Below, in pieces: positions 47,233 through 60,608 of a DNA stretch of 64,000 nt. The notes beneath the pieces are model-generated. The model was not told the origin of the DNA and searched no databases. It saw only the letters and a program-made list of their open reading frames with translations. Numbering within the stretch: position 1 is the first letter of the stretch; the number at the start of each line of letters is the position of its first letter. The position numbers and the translations under genes are program-made. The DNA comes from Tubiluchus corallicola (Eukaryota > Animalia > Priapulida): positions 52,881-116,880 of the forward strand of contig JAQGDQ010000662.1 of NCBI GenBank assembly GCA_030141605.1, in the 5' to 3' direction.

Positions 47233-49238
47233 TGCTGGCTAGGTGATTGTCCGGTCGACAATAGGTGGAGCCACGGGCAAACTAGGTGTTAACCTTCGGC
47301 TGCTTTGAGATGTATATCTTCTGTGAAAAGCGGACATTTGTTCTGTACAGAGCTTTAGCAGTTGTTGATGGTAATGTTTCGCATATGTGAATATGGCCGT
47401 TGAAATGTTATATTGTGATGTGTTTTGAATGCTTTCGTTTGTTTATCTAACATTCTAACTTGATCGTGCAAAGTAAACGAGTAATGTAATCAAATTGCAG
47501 TTGTAAATTTTACATATTGCAATGCTGTTTATAGAGCAAACTGAGAGTTTTATATCTTGAGTTAATTGTGAAATACATTTATAATCACGCTCACTGCTGC
47601 GTTAACATTCGTAGAGGCCTTTGAGTCTCGTAACTTTTGAAACATGTAGATTAAATTTCCTTCTTTACAAACAAATTTTTTCAATACTCCTTTAATTATT
47701 TTATCAATTAATTATTTATCTCAACTCAGATTGAGTTTTTACATGAGTGGAATACCTTTGGCGTCAAAAGACGTTATGGAATGTGAATAAGAAATCTTAA
47801 TGTTAGTATCTTTATAAGAAATTAACAGTAATAATCCTATGTTTATGCTAAATGTAAGCAAAGATTTGCACTTACAATGAGCTCTAAGTTTTCATTGCAT
47901 CTGGCTTATATTTTTTTACTTAGCTCATATTTTAAATTTTTTAAATTCTGTAATCTATTTGCCTCGATGTGTCTTGATATATCAATACAATCATACTTTT
48001 CAACATGGGACTTCCTGTCTCATTTTTAACTGGGAGCACCACACTTCAAATAGCCACTTGGCTTCTCCACCTTCAAGTAATAGAGATTCTGCATTGTTCA
48101 CTGAGCATGTACTCCGTATGTTCATTGAAAAATTGTTATATTCATGAACCTGTTATATTCAGCTCCATGTGTGTACAATACTTGCTGCGTGTACAGTACA
48201 GTACTTTGATCCAGTTCTGCCACCAGATCTAATTCCAATGGTTTCTTTTTAACTGCTTATTTAAAATCCAAGTCAGATTAAATTCCTATACTTCTACAAT
48301 GCTGGGAAATTATCATAGTGAAGCAAATTTAGTAAACATAAAATTTTTAAAATCTTTGCCTGAGTTTCATTATTTAATTCTTATTTTTTGGTCCGCAATC
48401 TGTAGGCAAGAAAAATTTCTCCTAAAGATTATCGCTATTTAAAGTTATAATTTCGGACAACTGACAAATTATACTGCGTGTAAAAATTTCCATGAACCAA
48501 TGGCTCCTGGAGGAAACGAAAAAAGTAAAACAAGTGCAAGCCTCCCTCTTGAATTGTGGGCCAGTGATTTCCTATGCAAGTGTAAAATACAAAGGAATTT
48601 ATTTTGACTATGATATATTAAGGACACGCTGCTATGAGAATCACTGGCCCACAGTTGAAAAGGGAGGCTTGCATTTGTTACTGATATTTTCAGTAATTGT
48701 AATTCAGTAAACATTTTCAGTAATATTTTCAATTATCTGTAGAAGTTAGCATTTACTTAGTAGACTAACAATATTTGCTTCTGCGAAGTTTAATGATAAT
48801 GTGATTTATTACTGCATCAGCGCTTTGCTGCAGTCCTTATTGCATTCATTCTCATCACCTTTTCAGCATCTAATTTAAAATGTTAGTTTTAACATGATTT
48901 CATACACACTTCCTGACTGATACAATGCACTGCTACAATTTATTTGTTGTTATTGCCATTGGGTATTTATGTATGCAACTAGCATCCTCTTCTGTTTGCT
49001 GACTTCTCCTTAAAAGGTCGCGGTTGCTTATGTAGTTGGTTGCAAATTGTTTATGAATTGTTTCCATGGCAACTAGCTTTCGTTGTGATATTAGTGTTGA
49101 TGTGAGGTTTCTGTTATGAGAATATTGCATTCCACGTGCAGAACGTGCTGCCATGCACATCAGTCAATGGCAGAACACAGCCAATGTTAAGCTAATTTAG
49201 AGGTCTATTGTTTCTATATACAATGGGGATATTGTTTC

Positions 49239-49776
49239 CAGTGGCGGCTCGTGTATAGGCACTGTGGAACTGCAGCACCCCCTATTTTCACTCAATATTA
49301 TAGATAACGTTAAATATGTTGAATTTTTTTTCTTTAATTCTTTCTTTATACTTGCAAATCCTTGTATGGAACTAGAGCACGTGACAGAACTGTGCACTTC
49401 ACAGTTCCAGTGATGCGATGTTTGGATGTTGTGTGCACGTGTCCGAGATAAGAAGCTGCACGCTAGGTAGAGAAAGCATTGTCGCTCACACAGTGTCGAC
49501 CTTGCTGTGCTTAAAAACCGAGTATCATATTCTTGAATGTGACAAAGTTTAGAATTTGATGATTATCATGCTTCCAGCTATTCTATTTAATTCATAGTTT
49601 TTTGGTTCTCTTAGTTTTCAGAAAACTTAAATAATTTAATCATGGCCTCCTTACATTCCCAAGAAATAAATTCTGCGACTGTAAGTGAACTTCAACACTG
49701 TTTTACACAATATTAAAACAATAGTAAAAATTTTCTGAAGCAGCACCCCACTAATCTCAGCTACGAGCGGCCACTG
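49239..49776 (+). mobile_element. hAT-type MITE with 8-bp TSD
   Basis: ATTGTTTC|CAGTGGCGGCTCGT ... ACGAGCGGCCACTG|ACTGTTTC. Confidence 0.85.
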
Positions 49777-51475
49777 ACTGTTTCTAAACACAACCAAAGA
49801 GGATCAAGTTTAGGTTTAAGAAACTAGCATACTAAGAACTGAAAACTCGCTAGCCAGATTTGTGCGTTCTGAAAACTTGAGGGGTATAAAGTTATTCTCT
49901 TTTGATGACTATGGCGTATGTAAACACTTGTCTACGTCACAATTTCCTAGCTAAACTCTCACAGAAGCAAAGCGATGGGGTAGAATTAGGTTTATCCATT
50001 GTGTTTCCCCAACAATGTAATTATTATCAATAATCAATGCCTGTGACGAGGGAGCAGCCAACAATATTTGTTGACTGTTATAGGCGTAACAATTACAGTT
50101 ACAAGTGTGCTCATATATGTACTTGAAAGCAAGAGTAAAACTTACTCTATAATAGAAAATTCAGCTATGTCATTAAGTGGTGTCTGGATCTACCCCATAT
50201 TTATCGAGCTTCGTTTTGGAGCTTGTTAATGGGTGACGTCTTTGATTAACTTTGCATGTTTTCTACTAGTAATAATGGCTAATGGTCAATCTTTTGCGTG
50301 GAGCTAGCCAGCGGAACCGTTTCGCATAACCCGCAGAAAAATTACCTCCGCTTGTTTTGCTAAGCACAATGCGGTAAAAATCTGTAATACTTTAATAATT
50401 CTGCGCCAAAGTCACCTTCATGAAACTGTTGTTGACAGGTGAAGTCAAAATTACGTGAAGATCTTCATCTGCCTTCGTGGCACACACGACATAATTACTG
50501 TTAAGAATAGAAGCAGCAGAAAAGCTACCTACTTATTTTGATTGAAAAATCCCCATTGTTGTAAGAGTCACAGTGGATAATTTCTGGAGAAAATTGAAGT
50601 GATACATCCACGCAGTTTGTTACGTGTCATAAGCATTTGTTATTCCTGCTAGCTTCAGTATTACGCAAATGAAATTAAATGGCATTATCTTACGTCAGAG
50701 TCAGATGCCCACTGATTACACCTTTGTTTACAATTATTTGAGTTTTATCGCCTAACGGTACTTTCGTACTTGTACATTAGTACAGACACTGTTCTTATTT
50801 TCCCTCAGGGTTTAACTTATGCTTGTTTTTTTAGTTATCTTGCTAAGTTATCTCATCACTATTTTCTTTTTAAAAGTGTTTTTATACAACAAATAAAAAA
50901 TGTTTTTGATGTGTCTGCGTGTCTGTGAACAAATGAGTGGAAATGCAATAACTAACAGCCATTAAAAATAACCCAGTTTGATATAACTGATTGTTTCATA
51001 ATAATTACTTATCTAATGAGACTTTCCGGTAATTGGTTTGATGCTGCAAATGTAGAACTTCACAAGTATAGAGTGAAGTTAAGTAGTGCAGTTCTTACCT
51101 TTGGCAATAGCCACTAGAACTACGTGAGGAGTTATCTCTTTGTACAACGTTTGCAATATTGCCCTTACCAATTGCTAGTGTTTCTAACTGTACAATAAGT
51201 GAGGAATAATAATCATTTTTAGTTTTTTTTGAGACTATGAGACAGGCTTACTGTGGAATAATGTATGCCATACTTGAAGCTGTAATGTTGTTATACAAAT
51301 ATATTAAATTTATAGTTAAAAATGAATCTTTGATTTGATTTTTTTTAATTTGGCATTTTGCATAATGGCATGTTCATGTGCAACACATTAACTTTTAATT
51401 AGGTAGCTTTGAACTGCCGATTTTTTAATTTAGCATACCATCAAATTACACTTCGTTCTTACAATAGAGAGCAGT

Positions 51476-51550
51476 TGTAGCAGCAACAGCGACATGATCA
51501 TCATCAACAACAACAACAACAACAACAGCAGCAGCAGCAACAACAACAAC
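51476..51550. repeat. (CAA/CAG)n microsatellite
   Basis: CAACAACAA...CAGCAG run. Confidence 0.85.
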
Positions 51551-51800
51551 GAAACTGCAATAAGAGTTAAAAGTAACTTTATCACTAAATATCTATTTTC
51601 CTAACATACCAAAAACAATATTTGTTCCCTGGCATAAAATTATCACAATTTCAATTGGTTTAAAATTTTAACAAATTTTCCTATATAACAAACATCTTAC
51701 TTGATCAATGAATATTGCCATAGATAATAAGGTATATTATTCACTTGTTGCCAACGACGACGAAAATGCAATTGTCTAGTGAAAACAATAAATTTGGGGC

Positions 51801-52371
51801 TCAGGCGCTACCAAATTCATACAGAGGGTGCCACCAGTGCAAGATCTTGATAGAGATTACAGGATCTAGTAGCACGGTTGTGCCCGTGTGCGGATTGTGT
51901 GCAGTTCCCTTGTGGTAAATTGGATGAAAGACGAGTTTTAAGCGCTGGAAGCGCATGTCTCGACTGACGTTGAAGCAAACTTGGGTTAAAGTTTGTCCCA
52001 TGACGACGGGCACGGACATGAAGTTGTCGCACGTGACGATCATCACGCAGCAACCGTCCTCGGAGTTTGCGTTTACTTCGTCCGCACAATTCAGCATGTC
52101 TCTTCTGTTGCACACGGCCACCGACGGATGACGGAATTTGAAATAGAACGTCCACTGCGACGAAGCATGCGCGTGCCACATCAATATGCATCTCTTTCCC
52201 TTTAACACATGCGGCTCTGCTAACGACGGTGCAGCAGAGAGTTTAGCTTTATCAACTAGAGGCTGGTAGAAGTAAAACAACGCACGGATCACGTGAGATT
52301 TCAGCCCATATCGACAGCACAAATTCTCTGGTTTTAAACTGGCAGGTAACTCGACATCTTTACGGTAGTAC
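51801..52371 (-). CDS. TMEM183: TMEM183 exon 5 (last)
   Basis: TTTTGCAG| YYRKDVELPASLKPENL...WWHPLYEFGSA*. Confidence 0.93.
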
Positions 52372-55300
52372 CTGCAAAATACACACGAAAACTGATCTCA
52401 CTGTTCTTTATATATGCTACTTAACACTGCGGGTCATAGTCCAGCATTTAACAGCAGGACCTACTCAACGTTCATGTTTGTGACAGGACCAAAATATGAC
52501 TTATTATCAAGGCTAGACTTCAATACAAGCTACTGAACTAGCAGAAGTGTCTTAGCCATATTTCTTCCATCAACTATAATCAGTGTAGCAAATGAAGATG
52601 CTTCGAGTGAGTGTTGAATGCAGCTGGTCACAAGGCAGTCAGTGACCAGTCTCAGCATGGCTTACTTTAAGTCACGATGATATATGCACATGACCCCTCG
52701 GCTATCATCACTGTCTTTAAAAATAGTAATATGTAGTAGTAATTATTTGGCACTAGAAAGTAGTACAAACAATGGACACTAGAGGTACTTCCTCAACATA
52801 CCAATATGTAATAAGACGAAGTATGAATAACACAAATTAATTCTTAATGACAAGAATGGGGGGGAAAAAGAAAGAAGAAATGACACGAGATTTCAAAGTA
52901 CCACTTACTTTATCTTCATGTGAAAGGGACGGACAAATAAATCACATTGAATTACCGATGCCATATTTTTGGAGGATTTTTTTTGTTCGTAATAAAAGTA
53001 AAAAACTTTGTCCAAAAAAACATTAGCATTAGTGATTCAATGCGGTTTATTTGTCTGGTCTCTCACATAAAGATAAAGTAGGTAGGTGGTACTTTAAAAC
53101 GTCATCTCTTCTTTTTGTTTTTCAACTGTGGGATTTTTTTTAAATTTAAAACGTATTAACACTCTAACGCCATACATCAAACTTTTACATAATGTGCGAA
53201 TCACATGACGTTACCAAAAAACTTTAAAGAAAATTGCAAACTTGATCGAAACTCGCTGAATGTGACAAATAGCAGATTGGCCTATTTTCTTAAAAACCCG
53301 ATGGATTCAAATTTACGGAAACTGAGCCGCAATACATCCAGTAAAACCGAATGTATTAGGCAAAATTTTTTAGGCTAAGTTAGTGAATTTCTTGCAATCA
53401 AAGTAACTCGGCTTTTTTCTTGATTTAAATTGTGGCTTCAAGTTTCAACAAGGTCACACACGAGTTCCAGCAAATGTGGAGTTAAAGACACAAACTGCCA
53501 GCATTCATAATAAGCTAACTGACGACTTTTGACGTCAGAAAAATGAAGCTACACAATACGAAGTATCCTGCTTTTGCCTATATACAAGAATAAGCCATAT
53601 AGCTAACACAGTTCTAACTGATTAGCATTTGTGAATTTATTGTAGTGTAAGATTTATTAGTTCCTCAATTTCACACTCACACTGGAATGCCACTAGAAGA
53701 GTAAACTGAGCTAATAACAATTTGTTCTAACAAAGGTCTACGTGAAAGCAGCGATTATTGCCCACCAGCACACGAGTGGATTTCCAAAATTACCTTTTGT
53801 ATAACTTCATCCAGAAACTGGCGGTCTTAATGGCGTAATAAGCATGTCTGCAAATGCCAGCAAACTGTCCCACGCACTCCGGATGCAGGTAATCCGCTAT
53901 GAGACACCACAGATCCTGCGGATAGACCACACCGGCAGTAAACTTCACCGCTTTCTGTTGCCGTTTTCGTCTTTGACACGGCGGCTCTGAAACAATGCAG
54001 CATAGAGAGTTAGGAAGGAAACTTCATAAAGTTGTGTCTATGGGTTTCAACCATGCAAGTACACCACATCATAATACACATGTAATAAATGTAAAAATAT
54101 CGGCAAAATAGAGTGCATAGTGGAATCAACCCGGTGTGAAGACGTAAAAAGAAACAGCATAACTGTATGAGGAAGCATTCAAATAACTTTTGAACAAAAA
54201 ATCAATAGCTTCTTGTTCAAATAAATCAAATTTTTATGTGTTTTATTGCTGGTATGTCTGACTTATTTTTGCTAGATATAATGATGTAAATACGTATTGT
54301 ATAACTGTCTGTTTAAGCCATATATTGTAATTTTGGTATTGCACAAAACTACATTACAGCTAACTATATATTTCAACACTGGCAGGAACAGCGGTTTCAT
54401 AATTACAACACTGACAGTGATTTTTTTAAATTACAGGTTGTTTTGAAGCTATTAAAATGCAACACTTTTTTTAAATGTCAATTTTTTTCACTTTGGAACA
54501 TAAGTTAGTCTGTAGTTGAAGGCACAGATCTGGTTTAAAGCACAAGGAAACACTTCATAATAAAAGCTTAAAAAATCGCTTTGAAATTTTATATCACTTA
54601 CATGCTGTGGTATTGCACACAGAGCTTGGGTTAGGAGTAAACTGTATAAAGCTTTTAAATTTAAACTCCTGCAATGACCGTTAGGTAAGTCATTTGAAGT
54701 AAGTTTACACAATGTCGGCTAAAGTTTGAAAGGTAATCAGAGCATTCGTAACTCACTCTTCACTTTTAGCTAAGCAAAAGATTAAACTACTTTATATTGT
54801 CAATAAGATCAATAATGTGTTTTTAGTTAATCAGTGGTGCACACAGGGATGGTGATGATGCAGTGCCGTTTTAACAAGGTGACAAGAATTATTAAGAATT
54901 TTTTTCCTTAGTTACATAAGCCTCTCAAACAGGTAAACAAAAAAGTAATATTAACTTTGTGTGTAAAATTTTTTGAGATAAAGTTTAAAATTGCCTTTTC
55001 TTCCCCTTTAATGACATAGACGGGATCGATTGTTCTTTTCTATTTCTTTGCGAAGCACAAAGAGAGACACAAATGAAATCACTTCAACAAAATTTACTTT
55101 AAACATAATGATTAGTATGATTTCTATTTTGTATATCAAAGGAATTTCTTTGTGCAGCATTTTTTAAAATAGATAACCGTTCCTAATTCTGCTTATAAAT
55201 CTTCATATATTGTAAATGCTATAATTTTTAATAATTACTTATTACTGTACATATCATTGCTTATAAAGGATGCCCTATGGCGATCTTAAAGCAATTTAAA

Positions 55301-57965
55301 AAATGTAAACTAATAATATTCAAAGACCCTTTCAAGCATTTCTGTGTTTTTGTAAACGTACAGCAATAAATGCAATTCGAATTTAAAATGGCATACCAAT
55401 CGGCTGAAATTGCATAGAAAATTGCGATGCGATACCAGATAAAAATTTCACTACACCTAAATGATCACTCCAACTAGGACACATGTAGCACTTTTACCTT
55501 TCGAATACAGGTGCGCGCTTGTTATAGATTCTATAGAATAATATAGACCAGGAAATAAAAGCCACTGAAAAAATTAAAAACAACAGATTTACGTTATAAG
55601 CCATGTTACAGAAAAACGTGTACACAACAAATAAAATGTAGTTCAAGCAAGGTTAAAAAGTTATCACTAAAACTGAACTGAAGATGTTGACAAAATAGTT
55701 GGAAAAACTCTCACCAGACAGGGCATTCTTAAGAAGGACTTACTGTATGTTTTTCACACAACAAGTTACTATAGGTAGAAGAAACTCCAGTACCTTCAGC
55801 ATTAAATTTCTTGGCATGACCTTCCAATGCTTCATGAACCTCCGCTGAATCTCCGCCACCGTCGTCATCGAAGTCACTCAACTTCCTCTCAAACCAGCTT
55901 GGTTCACTGAACACCTCTACTACTAGATCTACATAAAACAAATTCATAAAGTTTTCATCAAAACAACAGCAATTATAAGGCACATTGTGCGGTCAAAGAA
56001 GACATGATGTAAAAGAACTGAAAAAAATTCACTTTTTTCCCTCAGGCTTCTTATTTGCAGAATTCTCTACCAAAAGATTTTCCTTGGTACAACCTCACTC
56101 AATTGAAGAAGAATATAAATAGGTGCCTTCTATTGCTAGCAAAATAATTATTATACAGTAGATGCCGTTTATTAGACTCACGGTTAATAGACTCAACAAC
56201 CTAATTTACTCAAAAACATTTGGTACAGTTCCATTCAAATGTATAAAATTGTTGGTAATTTCGTCAATTTACGTCGATCTTGTTCACTAAGATATAAGTA
56301 GAAACAGTCATGTTAGGTACAGCTTTTGTTTGTAAACAGGTGCAGTACATTTATCATATGCGCTAATATGTTAGCGTAGCCGTTTTGCTTCACCCGCTTG
56401 TCCGCTGCAATTAACCCTGTTGTTTCTGGAAGCTACACATTTAATCATTTGCCCAGCGGTTTGCATTTGAAGCTCCTGCTGCTTTTCTCAAGGTCACCAC
56501 AAACTGCAGCTCAAGCACTAGGAGACTAGCTGTATATGTATAACAAGAGGTTTTCAAGACTTATCATTATGAGAATTTCATAAACAACGTCTTTGTGAAG
56601 AAATGAAGCAGCTGACCTCTTTTTAGTGTTAGTAATCAGATTTGTGTGAATTTTCATTTTCTTTTTTTATTACTACACTTATATAAATTAGTATTCTTAA
56701 ATCATTTCACACAGGAATTTCGACATTAATTTGTTTCTAAAATTTATCTAAAGCCTTTGCAATGCATACTAAGGTGATGAGTCATATGACGCATACTTCT
56801 ACAGCAGTAATAGGCTACACCCATCCGCTAATTGAATCAGTCGGTTAATTTGGTCAAAACACTTCCATCTCAAAGTGACCAAGGTGAGTGTATTAAGCAG
56901 CGCTTACTGTATATGAACTTTATTTCAGTGGACTGGCTGGACATTTTACTTACTTACTGTAGCCCTTTTACCTTGAGCTGTCATTGGCTTTATTACAGTT
57001 GTCTCAATGAATGCATCTGCCTGCCTGATTGATTGTGGCCTGGAGTAATCTAAGAAGTTAATACCTTGTACAGGGCATAGCTCAAGCTTTAAACCCTTAA
57101 ATTTTTGCACCTATCGGTGCACATATGGGTTTTTTTCCAGCGTTGTAAAGATCCATATATGTACATACAACTCACGGGCACTGCAACCTTCCTAATGCTG
57201 GACCAAAGTTTCTCTGCATTGAGGCAGATATAAAAAAACTTTAAGTCAGAGAAATATCAAGTAGCTGAGCATCTAAATAGTGAATTAGTAACAACCTTGA
57301 TTCCCATTCGAATGACAGATAAAATTTTTGGGACACACTGCCATCAGTCCTGGGCCCAGTGATGCTTAATTGCTGGTAAAGACTGCCATTAGAAAACTGC
57401 CCATCCCAGGGTTCAAGGTGAAAGAACACCTTTGGTGATACATTGCTTAAAAATTGAAATTATAGCAAGTGGAAGATACGCACCTTGTTTCTCATTAGTT
57501 CTGTTGCCTTTACGCAGGCGCCGTATCCGTCCCTCGCCGTCAACCGGTGCATCAGCATAATCGGTAATAGTGGTATCAGCTAAGAAAAGATATCAAGGAA
57601 AAGCAATTTAGTCGTATCACTGATTGATCATTACATCTTGACTGTGCTTTTTATGTATTGTAATTTTACATTTTTTGATCGCACTAAAATGAATTATAAA
57701 TCCCAAAATCGTATGACAACTGCTAGTTAATGCATCTACTAAAAACTAAAAACTTGGCTAGTGATTTATAGTGAAGTGCAACCTGTTTACTCTATTACGT
57801 TTAAATTAGTGTATGTATGATGCTAATGCAGTTAGACTTAGACAGAAAGTGAAAGGTAGGGATACAGTTAGGCCCAACTTGTTTTCATATAAAATCAACA
57901 AATATACCAAATATTTTACCACAAAGGGAAGACTGCTGGTGCTTCTTCTTCCTGTTCCTCCCCAT
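51801..57965 (-). CDS. TMEM183: TMEM183 family protein (F-box-like motif), spliced gene, 346 aa
   Basis: complement(join(51801..52371,53794..53986,55794..55928,57484..57579,57920..57965)) = 1041 nt, GT-AG and phase-consistent. Motifs TITDYA, YPQDLW..IADYLHPE, FWMKLY, VMGQTL..NVSRDMR, LDPVISIKILHWWHPLY match TMEM183A as recalled (YPMDIW, FWTRLY, NVSTDMR, LDPVHSVRLFDWWHPQY). Confidence 0.92.
53794..53986 (-). CDS. TMEM183: TMEM183 exon 4 (F-box-like)
   Basis: TTTCAG| PPCQRRK...YPQDLWCLIADYLHPECVGQFAGIC...FWMKLYK AG|GTAATT. Confidence 0.92.
54670..55011 (+). mobile_element. Kolobok-like family copy
   Basis: GCAATGACCGTTAGGT...AAAGTTTGAAAGGTAATCAGAGCATTCG...CCTTTTCTTCCCCTTTAA. Confidence 0.7.
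55794..55928 (-). CDS. TMEM183: TMEM183 exon 3
   Basis: TTTATGTAG| LVVEVFSEPSWFERKLSDFDDD...FNAE G|GTACTG; donor chosen by phase. Confidence 0.8.
56156..56909. mobile_element. Tc1/pogo-like MITE
   Basis: TA|CAGTAGATGCCGTTTATTA ... TATTAAGCAGCGCTTACTG|TA imperfect TIRs, TA TSD. Confidence 0.6.
57484..57579 (-). CDS. TMEM183: TMEM183 exon 2
   Basis: TTTCTTAG| DTTITDYADAPVDGEGRIRRLRKGNRTNEKQ G|GTGCGT. Confidence 0.88.
57920..57965 (-). CDS. TMEM183: TMEM183 exon 1
   Basis: MGRNRKKKHQQSSLC G|GTAAAA; basic N-terminus, phase 1 fits exon 2. Confidence 0.8.
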
Positions 57966-59671
57966 TTGACCAGTGGTTTAGAAAAAGTCCCAATCCTCAT
58001 TTTCCACCTCACTGGTATGTCACCAAGTGTGCACCAATAGCAGCTAACACAATGTATCCATTTGCTGGCATTATTACTCAGAAGTTTTGCGATCAAAAGT
58101 GAAATATGAGGTAGTAAGGTGATTATCAAAATTCGAAGTGATTTTAGTTTGCCAAATTTTAATTTTTGAAAAGAAAAAATTATTTTTATTTCGAAAAAAG
58201 TGGGTCACGAACAACAGTAATTATAAGTGTGCCAATATGCAAGATCTTCAATTTGTGTTTAAATTACTTACTACACAGATGCTAGATGGAGCCACCAAGC
58301 TACACGAGTCGGTGACTCGATGGTGGCCGGAATTATATTTTGTTGCTGAATACAGACTACCTTCCAAACTTGCTTCTTTAATTCAATAGAATATTGTCTG
58401 AAGTTCAAAAAGTGAAATACCAAGGACATATAATAGGTCACATTGGTCAGGTACGACACATCGTCTTCTTCTTCTTTACACCAATCAGTTACTGGTGCTT
58501 ACAGTTACCAAGGTGCTTAAGTTAGTTACTGTGACAGTAGTACTGAACTCTGTAGTGATTATCAACAGTTAGCTACAGTTGATGTTTCAGTTTTGGTTTG
58601 TCACTTTATGGCACTTTTGTTTCAATTCAGTTTAGTTTCAAAGTCAATAGTGAATGTTCGTTTCTTTATATCCAGTTTAATAAGTTTATTTACAGTTTAC
58701 TTTAGCTTGGGTGAATCACTGGGAATTGCAAATTGTGTCAATTTAGAGCCGTTCCTATTTTGATTCAGAGCTGGATAGTTAGCTAGTTTACACTAGGACA
58801 GCCTAAGCAATAGCGTAGCTAAGAGGGGGCAGAGAGAAAGTGGTCTGCCTCGAGTGGTACTTTGATCAGATGTACCGAAAAAGTTTATTCTGTTGCAACA
58901 GTAGAAATGTAAAACAAAATATACCTAGTGCTGTACACAAGGCGAATATCGCTGTCTAATTTGCACATCAATTTTTATTTAGAAAAGAAAGGATGACTGT
59001 TTTTCCTATAATAATATTCAATTACTTTGACATTTCAGTAATCCTGAGTGTAACTCGGGGATTGTCCATTCATCAAAAGGTAATGATACATCCACTGAGC
59101 TGTTAAACGAACAGTCATGTCAAAATTTGCTGAAACTACTAGGCTGTTCTTGACACCGGCTGTCTGACATGTAAGTGAATTTGCTTTTATCACTTGTGGG
59201 CTACCGTATAAACTTCCTGATTCCAAGAACTGAGCTCTGTACTCATCGTAGATAAACTGTATTCCTTGTGCTGTGGAATCGTAGCTACATTGATGTTGTG
59301 ACGTGTTGTCCTTATTTGTTAATGTGCTGACAGAACAGGAAGGATGAAGTTATCACTGAGTCATGATTGGTGAGGAAATACTTAGCAAATAAAAATTTAC
59401 TAAAACCTTGTAGGTTATTGCTTTGCATCAGAATATTGTAATTTTTTGTTGGGTGCTAAAGCGAGAGTAACATTAATATGAGGTAAACTAAAGCTTTGGT
59501 GATTGTATTGCACTGTGGTTGCATGGCAGGTTTTAGTTTGGTTAAGACTGAGCAATTACCATTTTGCTTGATTATCGAGCATCTGCCTGTTGATCTTAGG
59601 TATACTTAAGTTTTTGAACTAAAGTAAATACGTCTTACAAAGCGTAGGGATAGATGTTTAAGCACTGACAG

Positions 59672-60102
59672 CAGTGGTGGTGGGTGGTAGGTAAAATTAG
59701 TAGAGGTGCTGCTTCAGAAAAATTTTAGCCATTGTTGACTGCAACTTTCTCATGGAGATACAACTGTGAAAACTTAAGCTGTTGAAGTTCAATTACAGTC
59801 ACAGAACTTATTTCTTGGGGATGCTGGTACACTGTTTTTAAGCACGTGTAAACTGACATCACACACTGCTTGAGCGACAGTGCTCTCTCTACCTAGATAA
59901 CAGTGTCTTATCTCAGGCATGAGGGCATGGTTGCATTTGCACATCATCCAAACATCACGTTGCTGGAGTTGTGAGTTGTGTACTGGAGAGCACAATTCCG
60001 TCACATGCTCTAGTTCCGTACAAGTACAAAGAAAGAATTAAAAAAAGACTCATTGTATTAAATATTATCGATAATATCTATTGAAAATAGGAGGTGCCAC
60101 TG
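59672..60102 (-). mobile_element. hAT-type MITE, inverted sister of 49239-49776
   Basis: ACTGACAG|CAGTGG ... CCACTG|ATCGACAG; reverse-complement similarity to the 49239 copy. Confidence 0.8.
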
Positions 60103-60109
60103 ATCGACA

Positions 60110-60335
60110 GGAGACACACGAGGAAGACTAGTGGCTAGCCATCGCTCAGCCTCTTTCTTTCCCCAGTGCAGAACAGTTACTCCATTAAGGATGTCAGATT
60201 AGACCAGGAAGGAGGCCAGAGCGTCATGTTTGAGTGGTAAATGGTATGAAAACCAGACACTGTTTGACCTATTTACTAGAGAAACAGGACAGATTTTGGA
60301 TTTGAACCCAGAACCCTCCGCTACCGCATCTGCCT
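60110..60335 (-). mobile_element. tRNA-derived SINE-like element
   Basis: Minus strand GGCAGATGCGGTAGCGGAGGGTTCTGGGTTCAAATCC (B-box) followed by a body of about 190 bp. Confidence 0.45.
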
Positions 60336-60521
60336 CGTCTAAAAAAAATTTCATATTGTTGTCTGCTGCAATCTGCTTTTACCATTTAATCATTTTAAAA
60401 TTCACTAACTATAATCAAATAAACTGATTTTTTGCTTCTGACCAGGTTTTTTGTAGACTGCAACAGTAGCAGTCACTCGCGTACTGCTGAGAGCGCATGT
60501 AGCAGAGTTGTGAAACAGGAG

Positions 60522-60608
60522 ATGGAGTCTAAACTGTGCTCACTGTGGTTTGCCTTTGATACACTGGATGTGAATGGAAGAGGTGACATACAGCGATCAC
60601 AGTTAAAG
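60522..60608 (+). CDS. SWAP70: SWAP70/DEF6-like coding exon 1
   Basis: MESKLCSLWFAFDTLDVNGRGDIQRSQLK |GTAAAA. Confidence 0.85.

Noticed and set aside
55729-55793. Longer TMEM183 exon 3 using the strong ACA|GTAAGT donor at 55744
   Set aside because: Phase 0 is incompatible with the phase-1 acceptor at 53986; at most a non-productive isoform.
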